This document shows, in pieces, positions 27,577 through 36,645 of a stretch of DNA of 39,755 nt. Source of the stretch: Minisyncoccota bacterium. Its GTDB lineage: Bacteria; Patescibacteriota; Minisyncoccia; Phycocordibacterales; JAACPR01. The stretch is taken from positions 1-39,755 of the forward strand of contig JAULZV010000012.1 of NCBI GenBank assembly GCA_032117135.1. Reading direction: 5' to 3'. Every line of letters starts with the position of its first letter. Position 1 is the stretch's first letter. Below the pieces are notes generated by a model, which was not told the origin of the DNA, made no database searches, and was given only the letters and a program-made list of their open reading frames with translations. The position numbers and the translations under genes were made by a program.

Positions 27577-29955
27577 TTATTCCAGACTCGAATCCACATC
27601 TCCCGCGGTAGCATCAACATTTTCTTCAAGAGGCAAGCTATCTCGAACTTCTGGTTGAACGTCAAATGGAGAACGTGCTCCTTCAAATGGATCTTTACCA
27701 GCTTTCAAATTGTTCAGAATCAATGTAATTTCAGCATTGTTAGGATAGAGCATTTGAATGTCTTCGAATTGAGCAATTGCATCTGTCGTTCTATTGATTT
27801 TATCATAACTCAAACCCAAAAAGTACTTAGCGTTTACGAAATAAGGAGACAGAATCACAGCTCTTTCAAATGAAACCGTACTTTCGAGATATTGTTTTTG
27901 GTTATATCTGAGAAGACCAAGTTGGAAATGTAATGTTGGATTAGCTGGGTCGACACCGATTCCTGCCTGAATACTCTTGATTGCTTCATCAACCTCTCCT
28001 TTTTCTACTTGAATTTGAGAGAGAAGAAACACTGCATCTACAAAGTTTGGCTTAAGTTCGACAGAAATTCTAATTTCATTAATTGCCGAATCAAATTCTT
28101 TAGCAAAAGCATAGGTACGAGCTTTTTCTAAATGTGTTCGAGGATTATTCGGAACAAGAAATAACGCTTCGTCCAACACGCTTAAAGCACGGTCTTTTGC
28201 TCCTTCAATCTCGAGCTGAACGAGATTAGTATAAATTTGAGCAAGTGCTAATCGATTAGAATATGACTGAGGATCATAGGAAATTGCAGCTTGAGCATAC
28301 GCAAGAGTTGCCTCAAGAGCATTTTGAAATTGTTCAGCAACTTGTTCCTGAGGGGTGTCTGATGACTGATTAGCAATTTGCCCTATTCGAAGCATACCTA
28401 ATTCGGCCAATGCTCTCATGTAGACATCAGAAGAATAGATGGCTTGTGCATTTAAGAGACCCCTTTCGGCTTGTAAAAAATCACCAGTCTGACTATACGT
28501 ACTTAGAGTTTGATCAAAAACCACTCGTGATGCGTATTGACTTACAACCGTAATACTTGCATAGATAAATACAATCAAAAGAACTACGAGAGTAAGTATG
28601 TACCCGAAAGAAATTCGAGGACTTGAATTAATTTGAATTTCTCGATATTCGATCAGATTCGCACTATTAAGATTCGCGATAAATAGCCCGAGAAACAGGA
28701 AGAATAGAATCGTAAGAACTGTCGATGGAATATAGAACAGTAATACCATTAAAAAGAATACAAAGCCCAAGATCGAATATAGTCGGATAAACATGTCCGA
28801 CTTTTGTTCCAGTGGCGCAAAAATAAGACGGAATGCATAATAGAGACCCGCAGACAAAAACAGAATCCAAGCTAATAATCCAAGAACACCCTGAGTAGCC
28901 GGTACAGATAAGATAGTAGAAAATCCTTGTCTAAATTCGGTATCCCAGAAAGAAGTCATGTTAATTCCCAATGGTCGATGTTGTAGCCATGGAATTTCAA
29001 AACGATTAATCCCTGCACCTGTAATCGGATCAGCCTTTAGCGATGAAGTTGTTACATCAAGAGTACCAGAAAGTGTCGGTCGAACTTCTTCAAATTGAAA
29101 ATTAATTCGTGAATGTAACACATCTACTCCCGACATGAGTGCTTGGATTTTTCCTCCAACAAGGATAAAGATAATAGAAACAATAACGATCGAAAGTGCT
29201 GGGTAAGAGATTCGATTTTGGACATCAGAATCAGGATTGAGAACTGCATTGATTACAAAATAAAGCAATGCGAACGCGAGAGCAAAAAACCACAAAAGAG
29301 CAGAGTTCATCAAGACAATAAGGAGTGCCGAAAGGATCATACCAATCCACCCTGCGATAATAAATATTCTTGAATGTTTGAGGTATTGCAGAACTAACAC
29401 AGAAGAGAGGAGTCCAAATAACGCGAAGAAGCCAAATTCGGTCCATTTACCAATGGTATTAGAGGTATTAGCAAAGAAAAATCCAAGAGAAGGAAGTGTA
29501 GGAAACAAGATATTAATCAAATGTACACACATCGTCACAATGACAGTTGCGTGCAAAACAATAAACATACGACCCCTAGAATGTGTATCCGCAAACAAAA
29601 CAGAGACCGCATATGCAAATGAAAAAAGAATAAAGAGACTGATAAATGAAGTCGTATTGATTTGACGACCAAAAAGTGAAATTCCAACATTACTTGAGAA
29701 TAAAGAAGAGACAAAAGCTGTTACCAATATTGCCCCCATCGAAATCCATATAACATTACGAGAAAGGGAAAAAGAGTTCTTTTTTATTTTTTGAATAAGT
29801 ATTAACACGCTCACAACAATAGCAGTGATAAGAATCAAAAAGTTCTTAGTTGGCTCAAGTGAGACAAAGGCAAATGGCAGAAAAAGTGTCGGGAGAAGAA
29901 AAATTGATATAAGGATAAGAAATTGGCTTATGGTCGTCATTTTTGTTGAATGCAT
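27577..29955 (-). CDS. polytopic membrane protein with C-terminal TPR repeats (O-antigen ligase/Wzy-like N-terminus)
   Basis: About 12 TM segments, PITGAGINRF loop, then TPR repeats (AISYDP, ELKPNFVDA, VDPANP..HFQLG, LSPYFVNAKYFLG). Confidence 0.8.
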   Translation of the reverse strand: MHSTKMTTISQFLILISIFLLPTLFLPFAFVSLEPTKNFLILITAIVVSVLILIQKIKKNSFSLSRNVIWISMGAILVTAFVSSLFSSNVGISLFGRQINTTSFISLFILFSFAYAVSVLFADTHSRGRMFIVLHATVIVTMCVHLINILFPTLPSLGFFFANTSNTIGKWTEFGFFALFGLLSSVLVLQYLKHSRIFIIAGWIGMILSALLIVLMNSALLWFFALAFALLYFVINAVLNPDSDVQNRISYPALSIVIVSIIFILVGGKIQALMSGVDVLHSRINFQFEEVRPTLSGTLDVTTSSLKADPITGAGINRFEIPWLQHRPLGINMTSFWDTEFRQGFSTILSVPATQGVLGLLAWILFLSAGLYYAFRLIFAPLEQKSDMFIRLYSILGFVFFLMVLLFYIPSTVLTILFFLFLGLFIANLNSANLIEYREIQINSSPRISFGYILTLVVLLIVFIYASITVVSQYASRVVFDQTLSTYSQTGDFLQAERGLLNAQAIYSSDVYMRALAELGMLRIGQIANQSSDTPQEQVAEQFQNALEATLAYAQAAISYDPQSYSNRLALAQIYTNLVQLEIEGAKDRALSVLDEALFLVPNNPRTHLEKARTYAFAKEFDSAINEIRISVELKPNFVDAVFLLSQIQVEKGEVDEAIKSIQAGIGVDPANPTLHFQLGLLRYNQKQYLESTVSFERAVILSPYFVNAKYFLGLSYDKINRTTDAIAQFEDIQMLYPNNAEITLILNNLKAGKDPFEGARSPFDVQPEVRDSLPLEENVDATAGDVDSSLE

Positions 29956-30043
29956 ATAAAAATATTGATACGTTTAATTATGTAGATGTAGTATATCAAA
30001 ATGACATGAAAAAACCCACGGTTTTATCCGCAGGTTTTTCATG

Positions 30044-30387
30044 ATACTCATAAGCCGAATTCTGTCGTCGGCGGACCGACGGATGACCATTTATCTGGGC
30101 TTGTGATTACTCACAAGCTCAAGCGGCACTCTGCGACAAGCGCAGCACGACCTTGCATGGATGTAAGGATTTAGCCGTTTCACTCGTATGTTTCCATACG
30201 ACTACTCCTTGCGGAGTCCTTGATCTTTCGATCGAAGACGTCTCTGCTCGCACCTCGTGTTGGGCGCCGAAGGCGCCCAACAGATGGGGGTTACCCACTA
30301 CACGTTTTCAAGCATTCCAAAGGACTACTTGACCATGTTCGGACTTTCCTCTATATACACAAGATATATAGCGATCATCGAGCTACT
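30044..30387 (-). ncRNA. rnpB: RNase P RNA
   Basis: Minus strand has GATGATCG...GAGGAAAGTCCG near the 5' end and ACAGAATTCGGCTTA at the 3' end (P4 signatures); terminator-like hairpin at about 30005-30043. Ends approximate. Confidence 0.95.
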
Positions 30388-30403
30388 ATATTGTACCATT
30401 ATT

Positions 30404-30919
30404 TTACTTAAAATCAACTATATCCCCTATTTTTATAAGATTCTCTTTCACAAAACCAGCAGGTACCTCAAGGACGTATGACGCCAATTTAGGTGATTGA
30501 AATGTTTGTGGATAACTATCAGGTGTCGCATTTTCTTTGAAATAGACCACTTCATGATGACTATTAATCCAAATAATATCCAAAGGAAAAAGCATATCCT
30601 TCATCCAAATGCCATAATCCCCTTCCTCTTCAAACACAAACAACATTCCAGATTGTGGTTTGAGACGTTCACGGCCAGACAATCCTCGATGTCGATCTTC
30701 TGGAGTATCCACAACCTCAGCAGTGATAACAGTTGTACCGACGACAAGCAATCTGTTATTGGACATAAAAGTGTCTTGAAAAAAATCTTTGATAGTAGTG
30801 TACCCTGGAACAAAGTTAAATGAGAGCACAAAATAAAGTCCGAAAAAAAATACGACCTTAAGAACAAGTAGTGTCCACTTTTTGGTTGGACTAGCGGGCA
30901 TCCTCATATGGATATGCAA
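30404..30919 (-). CDS. DUF192 domain protein
   Basis: AEVVDTPEDRHRGLSGR..GMLFVF..IWMKDMLFPLDIIWI..YVLEVPAG; start uncertain. Confidence 0.9.
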   Translation of the reverse strand: MHIHMRMPASPTKKWTLLVLKVVFFFGLYFVLSFNFVPGYTTIKDFFQDTFMSNNRLLVVGTTVITAEVVDTPEDRHRGLSGRERLKPQSGMLFVFEEEGDYGIWMKDMLFPLDIIWINSHHEVVYFKENATPDSYPQTFQSPKLASYVLEVPAGFVKENLIKIGDIVDFK

Positions 30920-31412
30920 TTACAGCAATAAGTAAAAATACCGCCAAAGAGATGAGAGGGACCGTTACAAACCCAAAATGCACAAATGTTGGTACGGCAC
31001 AATCAACAGGAGATCCAGGGTTACAAAACGCAGCATTTAATCCCAATAAACCTGTCTGTAAAATTGTATGATAGATTGCAATAATGACTCCTACAATCGA
31101 AAGTGCGAATGCGTACACTCTTGCACCTGTATCATGACGATACAATGCAATTCCTGAAATAATAGGGATCGAAAATAACATTGTTCTTTGATACCAACAT
31201 AGTTCACATGGAGCAAGGCCGAAATATACACTGAGCAAAATACTTCCCATTGATCCAAAGAGAGAAATAAAGAAGATCAATTCTCCTTGTATTTTTGAAT
31301 ATAGTTTTGAAGGTATGCGAGAACCTGAAAACGAAAGTGTAATACTTGCAATACAGAAAATCAGCAGTCCGATTGCTCCTAGTGAAAAAAATTGTAATAT
31401 ATAGTCTTGCAT
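30891..31412 (-). CDS. disulfide bond formation protein DsbB/BdbC family
   Basis: PCELCWYQR motif and a second Cys pair (FCNPGSPVDC); multiple TMs. Confidence 0.9.
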   Translation of the reverse strand: MQDYILQFFSLGAIGLLIFCIASITLSFSGSRIPSKLYSKIQGELIFFISLFGSMGSILLSVYFGLAPCELCWYQRTMLFSIPIISGIALYRHDTGARVYAFALSIVGVIIAIYHTILQTGLLGLNAAFCNPGSPVDCAVPTFVHFGFVTVPLISLAVFLLIAVIAYPYEDAR

Positions 31413-31417
31413 AATTG

Positions 31418-31939
31418 TTATAATGTTCTAATAAGACGCTCGGTCATGCCCACATTTATATATTTGATCCACACAAGCAAATCATGATCGCGCCCAAAAT
31501 AAAATCGTATTCCACGAAGACGCGAATTTGTAAGAGTACTTTCTTCAGTGATACGAATATCAGTACCTCCTGAATGATTCCAAAGTTCAAACGTCCAAAT
31601 TCCGGTCAGTCCATATGAGCTCTCAGTCAATTCGACGACAAGTTTTCGGTTATCGATTCGTTCATTGGTTCGATAAATCCGATACCCTCCATTAGTGAGA
31701 TTTTCGCGCCATGCAACAAGACGACCGTATCGTTCGATTATTTCAACTGATTCAACATCTCGTTTTTTGAATGTCGCATCTTCAAATTTGTTGAGTTCAG
31801 TCCATACTTGAGCCGCATTATAGTCTACCGAAAAAACTGTCATGCGTGTCTGCGTAGGTGATGTGGCATATCCAGCAATCAAAACTGCAATTGCAGCAAC
31901 GACCACAAGCGCAAACACAGCTGAGATTATACGTAACAT
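31418..31939 (-). CDS. SRPBCC/polyketide-cyclase-like protein with N-terminal anchor
   Basis: VW..L, GIWTFEL..GGTDIRITEE pattern. Confidence 0.6.
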   Translation of the reverse strand: MLRIISAVFALVVVAAIAVLIAGYATSPTQTRMTVFSVDYNAAQVWTELNKFEDATFKKRDVESVEIIERYGRLVAWRENLTNGGYRIYRTNERIDNRKLVVELTESSYGLTGIWTFELWNHSGGTDIRITEESTLTNSRLRGIRFYFGRDHDLLVWIKYINVGMTERLIRTL

Positions 31940-31966
31940 ATCTATAGTATAGTTGTAGTAGTATTT

Positions 31967-33151
31967 TTATTCAACCCTTAAGAAATGCATCTTGCCTTTT
32001 TGGATGATGTCGCCCGTAGAAATGAGTTTGGATAAGTCTTTTGAAACTTCACCATTGATTTTGACACCGCCTTGCTCGATAGTACGTCGTCCTTCACTTT
32101 TGGATGCTACAAGATTACTCTCTACAAGAATGGCAAGCAGTGAGTACTCTGATGGTGTGATACTTGGCATCTCATCAGGGATTTCTTTTTTGGAAAAAGT
32201 AGAGATCCAATATTCTTGTGCATGCAGCGCCTCAGTAGCGTCGTGATACATTCGAGTAATCTCGAATGCGATTTTCATTTTGATTTCTTTAGGATTTACT
32301 CCTTGTGCTAATTGAGCTTCGTAATGAGCTACATCAGATAATGGAACACGTGTTGCTACGATGAAGTATGTAACGATAAATTCATCCTTAAGCGACATCA
32401 GCTTACCGAACATATCTTTCGGTTCATCAAAAATATTAACAGTATTTCCAAAACTTGAACTCATTTTGCGACCATCCAATCCTTCGATAAGAGGGTTTGT
32501 CATAATGTTTTGAGGAACTTGACCATATGTTCTTTGTAGATCGCGTCCTGCCAACAGATTGAATCGCTGATCAGTACCACCCACTTCAACATCTGATTTG
32601 ACCTTAACCGAGTCATATCCTTGCATCAATGGATACAGTAATTCGCGAAGTGAAATTCTTTTGCCAGCCGAAAGTCGTTTGGCAATATTTTCGCGCGAAA
32701 TAAAATCATGTAACGAAAAAGAATCTGCTTGAAATCCAATATCAGCATATGAAAGTTTTTTGAGCCATGAACTGTTGTAGTGAATCTCGGTTTTTTTGAT
32801 ATCAATTATTTTGGAAGCTTGCTGAATATATGTCTTGAGATTTTTTTTAATTTCGGCAGGAGTAAGCATAGGTCGCTCGCTTTCTTTGTCTGACGTATCA
32901 CCGATTGTTCCTGTAAAGTCGCCAATAATAAAAACGATCTTGTGTCCAAGTTTTTGAAAATCTCTTAATTTGAGAAGTGGGATTGAACGACCTAAGTGTA
33001 TATTAGGACTTGTTGGGTCGATACCAAGTTTGATACGAAGTTGCTTTCCACTTTGAAGTTTGGTTGCGAGATCATCTTGATCAATAACCTCAATAACTCC
33101 TCTCGAAAGGAGTTCTGCGATTTGTTCTGGATTAGTGTGTATAGTAGTCAT
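31967..33151 (-). CDS. tyrS: tyrosyl-tRNA synthetase
   Basis: LGIDPTSPNIHLGR, IGDFTG.IGD, YPLMQGYDS, GGTDQRFN, KMSSS and a C-terminal S4 domain; exact start uncertain. Confidence 0.97.
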   Translation of the reverse strand: MTTIHTNPEQIAELLSRGVIEVIDQDDLATKLQSGKQLRIKLGIDPTSPNIHLGRSIPLLKLRDFQKLGHKIVFIIGDFTGTIGDTSDKESERPMLTPAEIKKNLKTYIQQASKIIDIKKTEIHYNSSWLKKLSYADIGFQADSFSLHDFISRENIAKRLSAGKRISLRELLYPLMQGYDSVKVKSDVEVGGTDQRFNLLAGRDLQRTYGQVPQNIMTNPLIEGLDGRKMSSSFGNTVNIFDEPKDMFGKLMSLKDEFIVTYFIVATRVPLSDVAHYEAQLAQGVNPKEIKMKIAFEITRMYHDATEALHAQEYWISTFSKKEIPDEMPSITPSEYSLLAILVESNLVASKSEGRRTIEQGGVKINGEVSKDLSKLISTGDIIQKGKMHFLRVE

Positions 33152-33191
33152 AGGTACGCTCATAGTAACAGAATTAGAGCATGTGGACAAT

Positions 33192-33467
33192 TTAGTTTTC
33201 AGGATCAGTATCCTTTGGTCTTCCCCACTGCCATCGGGGCGTTTCGCCTTTTTTGTAACAAATCTTGAGAAAGATAATTGTCAAAAGAATAGCTGGCAAC
33301 AGAAATATAAGGACGAATTCACGAGGTGTTGCACTTGCATCAATCATCGCTGCAAAAAATATCATCAGTATCACATACGCACATGTAATAAGAAGTCCTT
33401 GCCATGTTGCAGGATACCATCCCCATCCGTACCATTTTCGCTTAAACCACAGTTTTTTGTCTTCCAT
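33192..33467 (-). CDS. conserved hypothetical two-TM protein
   Basis: WFKRKWYGWGWYPATWQG...CYKKGETPRWQWG pattern flanking two hydrophobic helices. Confidence 0.75.
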   Translation of the reverse strand: MEDKKLWFKRKWYGWGWYPATWQGLLITCAYVILMIFFAAMIDASATPREFVLIFLLPAILLTIIFLKICYKKGETPRWQWGRPKDTDPEN

Positions 33468-33546
33468 ACACAAATTATATATAAGAAAAACCAACTCGCA
33501 ACCAGGTTCTTTACTTTGAACTCATTAGCCGTTACCATTTGATGAT

Positions 33547-34254
33547 ATGAATATAATTTTTCTTGATACAGAAGCAACAGGATTACAAGATGCGCGGATG
33601 ATCCAACTTGCATACAAAATGCGCGGATCAGATGAACTATTTACCCAATACTACAAACCACCTGTTCCTATCGAATTTGAAGCTATGGGCATCCATCACA
33701 TCACTCAAAAAATGGTCGATGACAAAATACCGTTTGATCAGTCCCCTGACAAACCTGCACTACAAGAGCTTCTTAACACCTCGATTCTTGTTGCTCATAA
33801 TGCAGCATTTGATATTGAAGTTCTCAAAACAGAAGGTATTGCAACTAAGGATTACATTTGCACGTACAAGGTTGCATATGCTCTCTATGATCTTCCTAAT
33901 CACAAAATGCAATCACTCAGATATCGTTGGAGTATCGAGATCGATCAAGCAGTCGCACACGATGCAGCTGGTGATGTGATGGTTCTTGAAGAGGTGTTCG
34001 AATATATGCTCAAGGACTATTGTGCGACCAATGGAGTATCACCAGAAGAAGCGATACAAAAATTTATTGAAATATCAACACAACCAACCCTTCTTAAAAC
34101 TCTCAGTTTTGGAAAATTACGAGGAGAAACATTCGAAGATATTCGCATCAAGGATTTTGGATATTTACAATGGCTCGGAACACTCACCGACAAGGACGAC
34201 GATTTTGTCTATACTATTCAACACTATCTCAAAAAAGGTCCTTCTGGTAATTAA
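33547..34254 (+). CDS. DEDDh 3'-5' exonuclease (exodeoxyribonuclease X-like)
   Basis: LDTEATG, VAHNAAFD, ICT, AHDAAGDV and C-terminal FGKLRG...D.GYLQW. Confidence 0.9.
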   Translation: MNIIFLDTEATGLQDARMIQLAYKMRGSDELFTQYYKPPVPIEFEAMGIHHITQKMVDDKIPFDQSPDKPALQELLNTSILVAHNAAFDIEVLKTEGIATKDYICTYKVAYALYDLPNHKMQSLRYRWSIEIDQAVAHDAAGDVMVLEEVFEYMLKDYCATNGVSPEEAIQKFIEISTQPTLLKTLSFGKLRGETFEDIRIKDFGYLQWLGTLTDKDDDFVYTIQHYLKKGPSGN

Positions 34255-34378
34255 GAGTACAGGATCGGACTATACGAGACTTTCCTTGCATCTTCTGTAC
34301 TTAGTATTACAAATCGATATCTTCTTAGATTTTAGGATTTTAATTCTAATTGTAAAAAGAATATATACATGTATATAT

Positions 34379-34930
34379 ATGAAATTAAAAAATCTCTCTC
34401 ACAGAGAATCAGGATTCACACTTATGGAATTACTTATTGTAGTTGCCATTATAAGCATCCTCTCCTCTATCATACTCTCGACGGTTCGAGGAGCATACGA
34501 ATCTGCATATCTTGCCAAATCAAAAAAAGAATTTAATAGTGTAGCCGAATCTCTCGAATTATATAAATCAAATAATGATGATAATTTTCCTGCTGACACA
34601 AACCGAGACATTCCTCCAGGACTTCAACAATATCTAGCACCAGGAATTTGGCCTGACGCAGCCTGGCCTGGAAGTGTTTTTGATTGGGAGAACTGGAATG
34701 ATCCTGAGACTGGTCACAAAATATACCAAATTAGTGTTCGATTTTGTCCTGTTGGACAGCCTGCTCAGTGTAAATTTCCAAAAAAGAGCTGGGCTGATGA
34801 TTTTGATATTTCTAGTTCAGTGTTTTATTGCTTGTCAGGAGCATGTAGAGCTCACATTGATCGACCTGTCGATCATCCGGGATATTGCGTAAATTGCGCC
34901 GAACCTCAATATCCGTATGGGATTTATTGA
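34379..34930 (+). CDS. type IV pilin / pseudopilin-like protein
   Basis: Class III signal G|FTLMELLIVVAIISILSSIIL; start ATG 34379. Confidence 0.9.
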   Translation: MKLKNLSHRESGFTLMELLIVVAIISILSSIILSTVRGAYESAYLAKSKKEFNSVAESLELYKSNNDDNFPADTNRDIPPGLQQYLAPGIWPDAAWPGSVFDWENWNDPETGHKIYQISVRFCPVGQPAQCKFPKKSWADDFDISSSVFYCLSGACRAHIDRPVDHPGYCVNCAEPQYPYGIY

Positions 34931-34949
34931 TGTGATTTGATGTAGTAAC

Positions 34950-35591
34950 TTAAGAATCAACTTTTCCTCTGTATTTTTCTAGATGTTTTGTATCTATTCT
35001 ATCTTCAGCTTTTGCGTTAATTATTTTTTGCATTGATTGGTCATCAACAACATCCTTGAACATTCTCATAAAAGGATCAAAATCAAAATACTGATTTTTG
35101 TAATAAGGATGCACATTAAAATCACCTTGATCCCAAGTCGAAATATCGGAAATATTGTGTTGCATAATCGCCTCAACTTTATCTAATGAATGAGCGAACT
35201 TAGCTTCAAGAGTTTCTTTTTTCTCAAATTCTTCCCAAAGAGAGGTAATCTCATCGGCTTTCTCTTTTGACAATGAAGCGACGAGTTCGGCAAAAGCTTT
35301 TTTCTCACGTTCATACTTGTGTTCCTGTCTTGCAGATATTTCATGAGAAGGAATGTCTCCTGTTACCGCTTCGGCAAGATCGTGAATAATAAACATCTTC
35401 AAAACTTTTAGCAGATCAACTTTGGTTTGTATTTTGTCTTCCAGCAGTATTGCAAGCAAACAAAGCATCCATGAATGTTCAGCAACACTTTCTTGACGAG
35501 AAGAGTCGGTGAGCCACGAATGTCGCGTGGTAGTTTTTAACTTCTCTGCTTTCTTGTGAAAATCTATCAGGTCTTTGATCTGTTCTTTCAT
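34950..35591 (-). CDS. HD-domain hydrolase (5'-deoxynucleotidase-like, HD_3)
   Basis: LK...R.SW...RQESVAEHSW, IHDLAEAVTGDIP, LWEEFE..ET.EAKF..LDKVE. Confidence 0.9.
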   Translation of the reverse strand: MKEQIKDLIDFHKKAEKLKTTTRHSWLTDSSRQESVAEHSWMLCLLAILLEDKIQTKVDLLKVLKMFIIHDLAEAVTGDIPSHEISARQEHKYEREKKAFAELVASLSKEKADEITSLWEEFEKKETLEAKFAHSLDKVEAIMQHNISDISTWDQGDFNVHPYYKNQYFDFDPFMRMFKDVVDDQSMQKIINAKAEDRIDTKHLEKYRGKVDS

Positions 35592-35660
35592 ACTCTCAAT
35601 TTTACCTTGGATGGTGATTTATAGGTAGTGGAGGGTCACTCCGATACTAAATTTTTACTA

Positions 35661-35856
35661 CGGAGAATAAGGGATTCGGTCACAGATAATTTTCTACGAA
35701 AATTTCTGCGACCCCGACTCGGCCATCCCAGATTTGCTCCGCAAATGCAAGGACCCTAGACCTCCGTCTTTCTCATCCCTTATTCTCTCGCAACATGCGA
35801 AAACCGCAACACAATGTGTTGCGGTTTGCAGTTGCGGGCCGTCTCGAGTTAGAACC
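35661..35856. other. multi-hairpin structured element with tRNA-3'-end-like sequence at the island boundary
   Basis: 13-bp outer IR (35663-35675/35775-35787), internal hairpins, and an adjacent 12-bp perfect IR (35801-35827). Confidence 0.6.
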
Positions 35857-35997
35857 GTAGCGGGTCAAGCCCAGTAAGGTTTATTTAAGACTTTTCTAGT
35901 ATATCAAATCGATGTATCTCGAGCAGAGCAAAAAGTGACAAAAGTGACAGTTCTTGCAGTGTTTTTGTGACAGTGGATTGTCACTTTTTAAACACAA

Positions 35998-36252
35998 TTA
36001 ATACAATTCCGAATGTGTACCGATATTTACAAAATTAACCACATCACCATCTTCTTTAAAAATAGCTCTGTAATCACCTGTCACATTAATACTACGACAG
36101 TCAGTGAATATCTTATCTACAGAATGATTGTTTAAGGTTTTGTGATTTTTATCTTCTATGAAAGTCTCTAATCTATCACAGAATTGATCTTGTATCTTTG
36201 GGGAAAGTTTTTTGAGTTTCTTTTTGAAATTTTTATGAAAAACAATCTCCAT
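35998..36252 (-). CDS. type II TA toxin, RelE/YafQ family
   Basis: HKNFKKKLKKL...LNNHSV...RSINVTGDYRAIF...IGTHSELY. Confidence 0.9.
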   Translation of the reverse strand: MEIVFHKNFKKKLKKLSPKIQDQFCDRLETFIEDKNHKTLNNHSVDKIFTDCRSINVTGDYRAIFKEDGDVVNFVNIGTHSELY

Positions 36253-36255
36253 GCG

Positions 36256-36531
36256 TTAAGATTTAAGATATGCTATAGCGTCTTTGGCAGAATTGAATTT
36301 AGGTGAGACATTCTTGCCTTCTTTGATGTCCTTAAGTGCTTTCTCAACACTCTTTCGAGTAACAGGGTTAAACTCTTCCTTGGAAATGAGCCCAACATTA
36401 AAGTCCCCATCAACAAAGGCTTTGGTTGCGAGTTTTAAAATAACTCCAAATGACAAACCTTGGCTTTGAGCCTTTTTCATGGCTTGTTCCTTGAGTTTCT
36501 TATCTAAATTGAATATTACTTGTGTGTTCAT
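36256..36531 (-). CDS. type II TA antitoxin, RelB/DinJ-like
   Basis: VIFNLDKKLKEQAMKKAQSQGLSFGVILK; upstream of the toxin; TTGACA promoter at 36566-36561. Confidence 0.85.
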   Translation of the reverse strand: MNTQVIFNLDKKLKEQAMKKAQSQGLSFGVILKLATKAFVDGDFNVGLISKEEFNPVTRKSVEKALKDIKEGKNVSPKFNSAKDAIAYLKS

Positions 36532-36645
36532 GTATATATATTATATTAATGAAATATATATGTCAAATTCCAATCCCTACCACACTATGTTTTTCTAACT
36601 CTGCATAGTCTTAGCAAATCCCCTGTTTCTGTCATTAATTAATAT

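Noticed and set aside
30220-30481. Short plus-strand ORFs 30220-30411 and 30257-30481
   Set aside because: They lie antisense to the RNase P RNA gene.
33986-34378. Long N-terminal extension of the pilin ORF
   Set aside because: It overlaps the exonuclease gene; the class III signal peptide implies a start at 34379.
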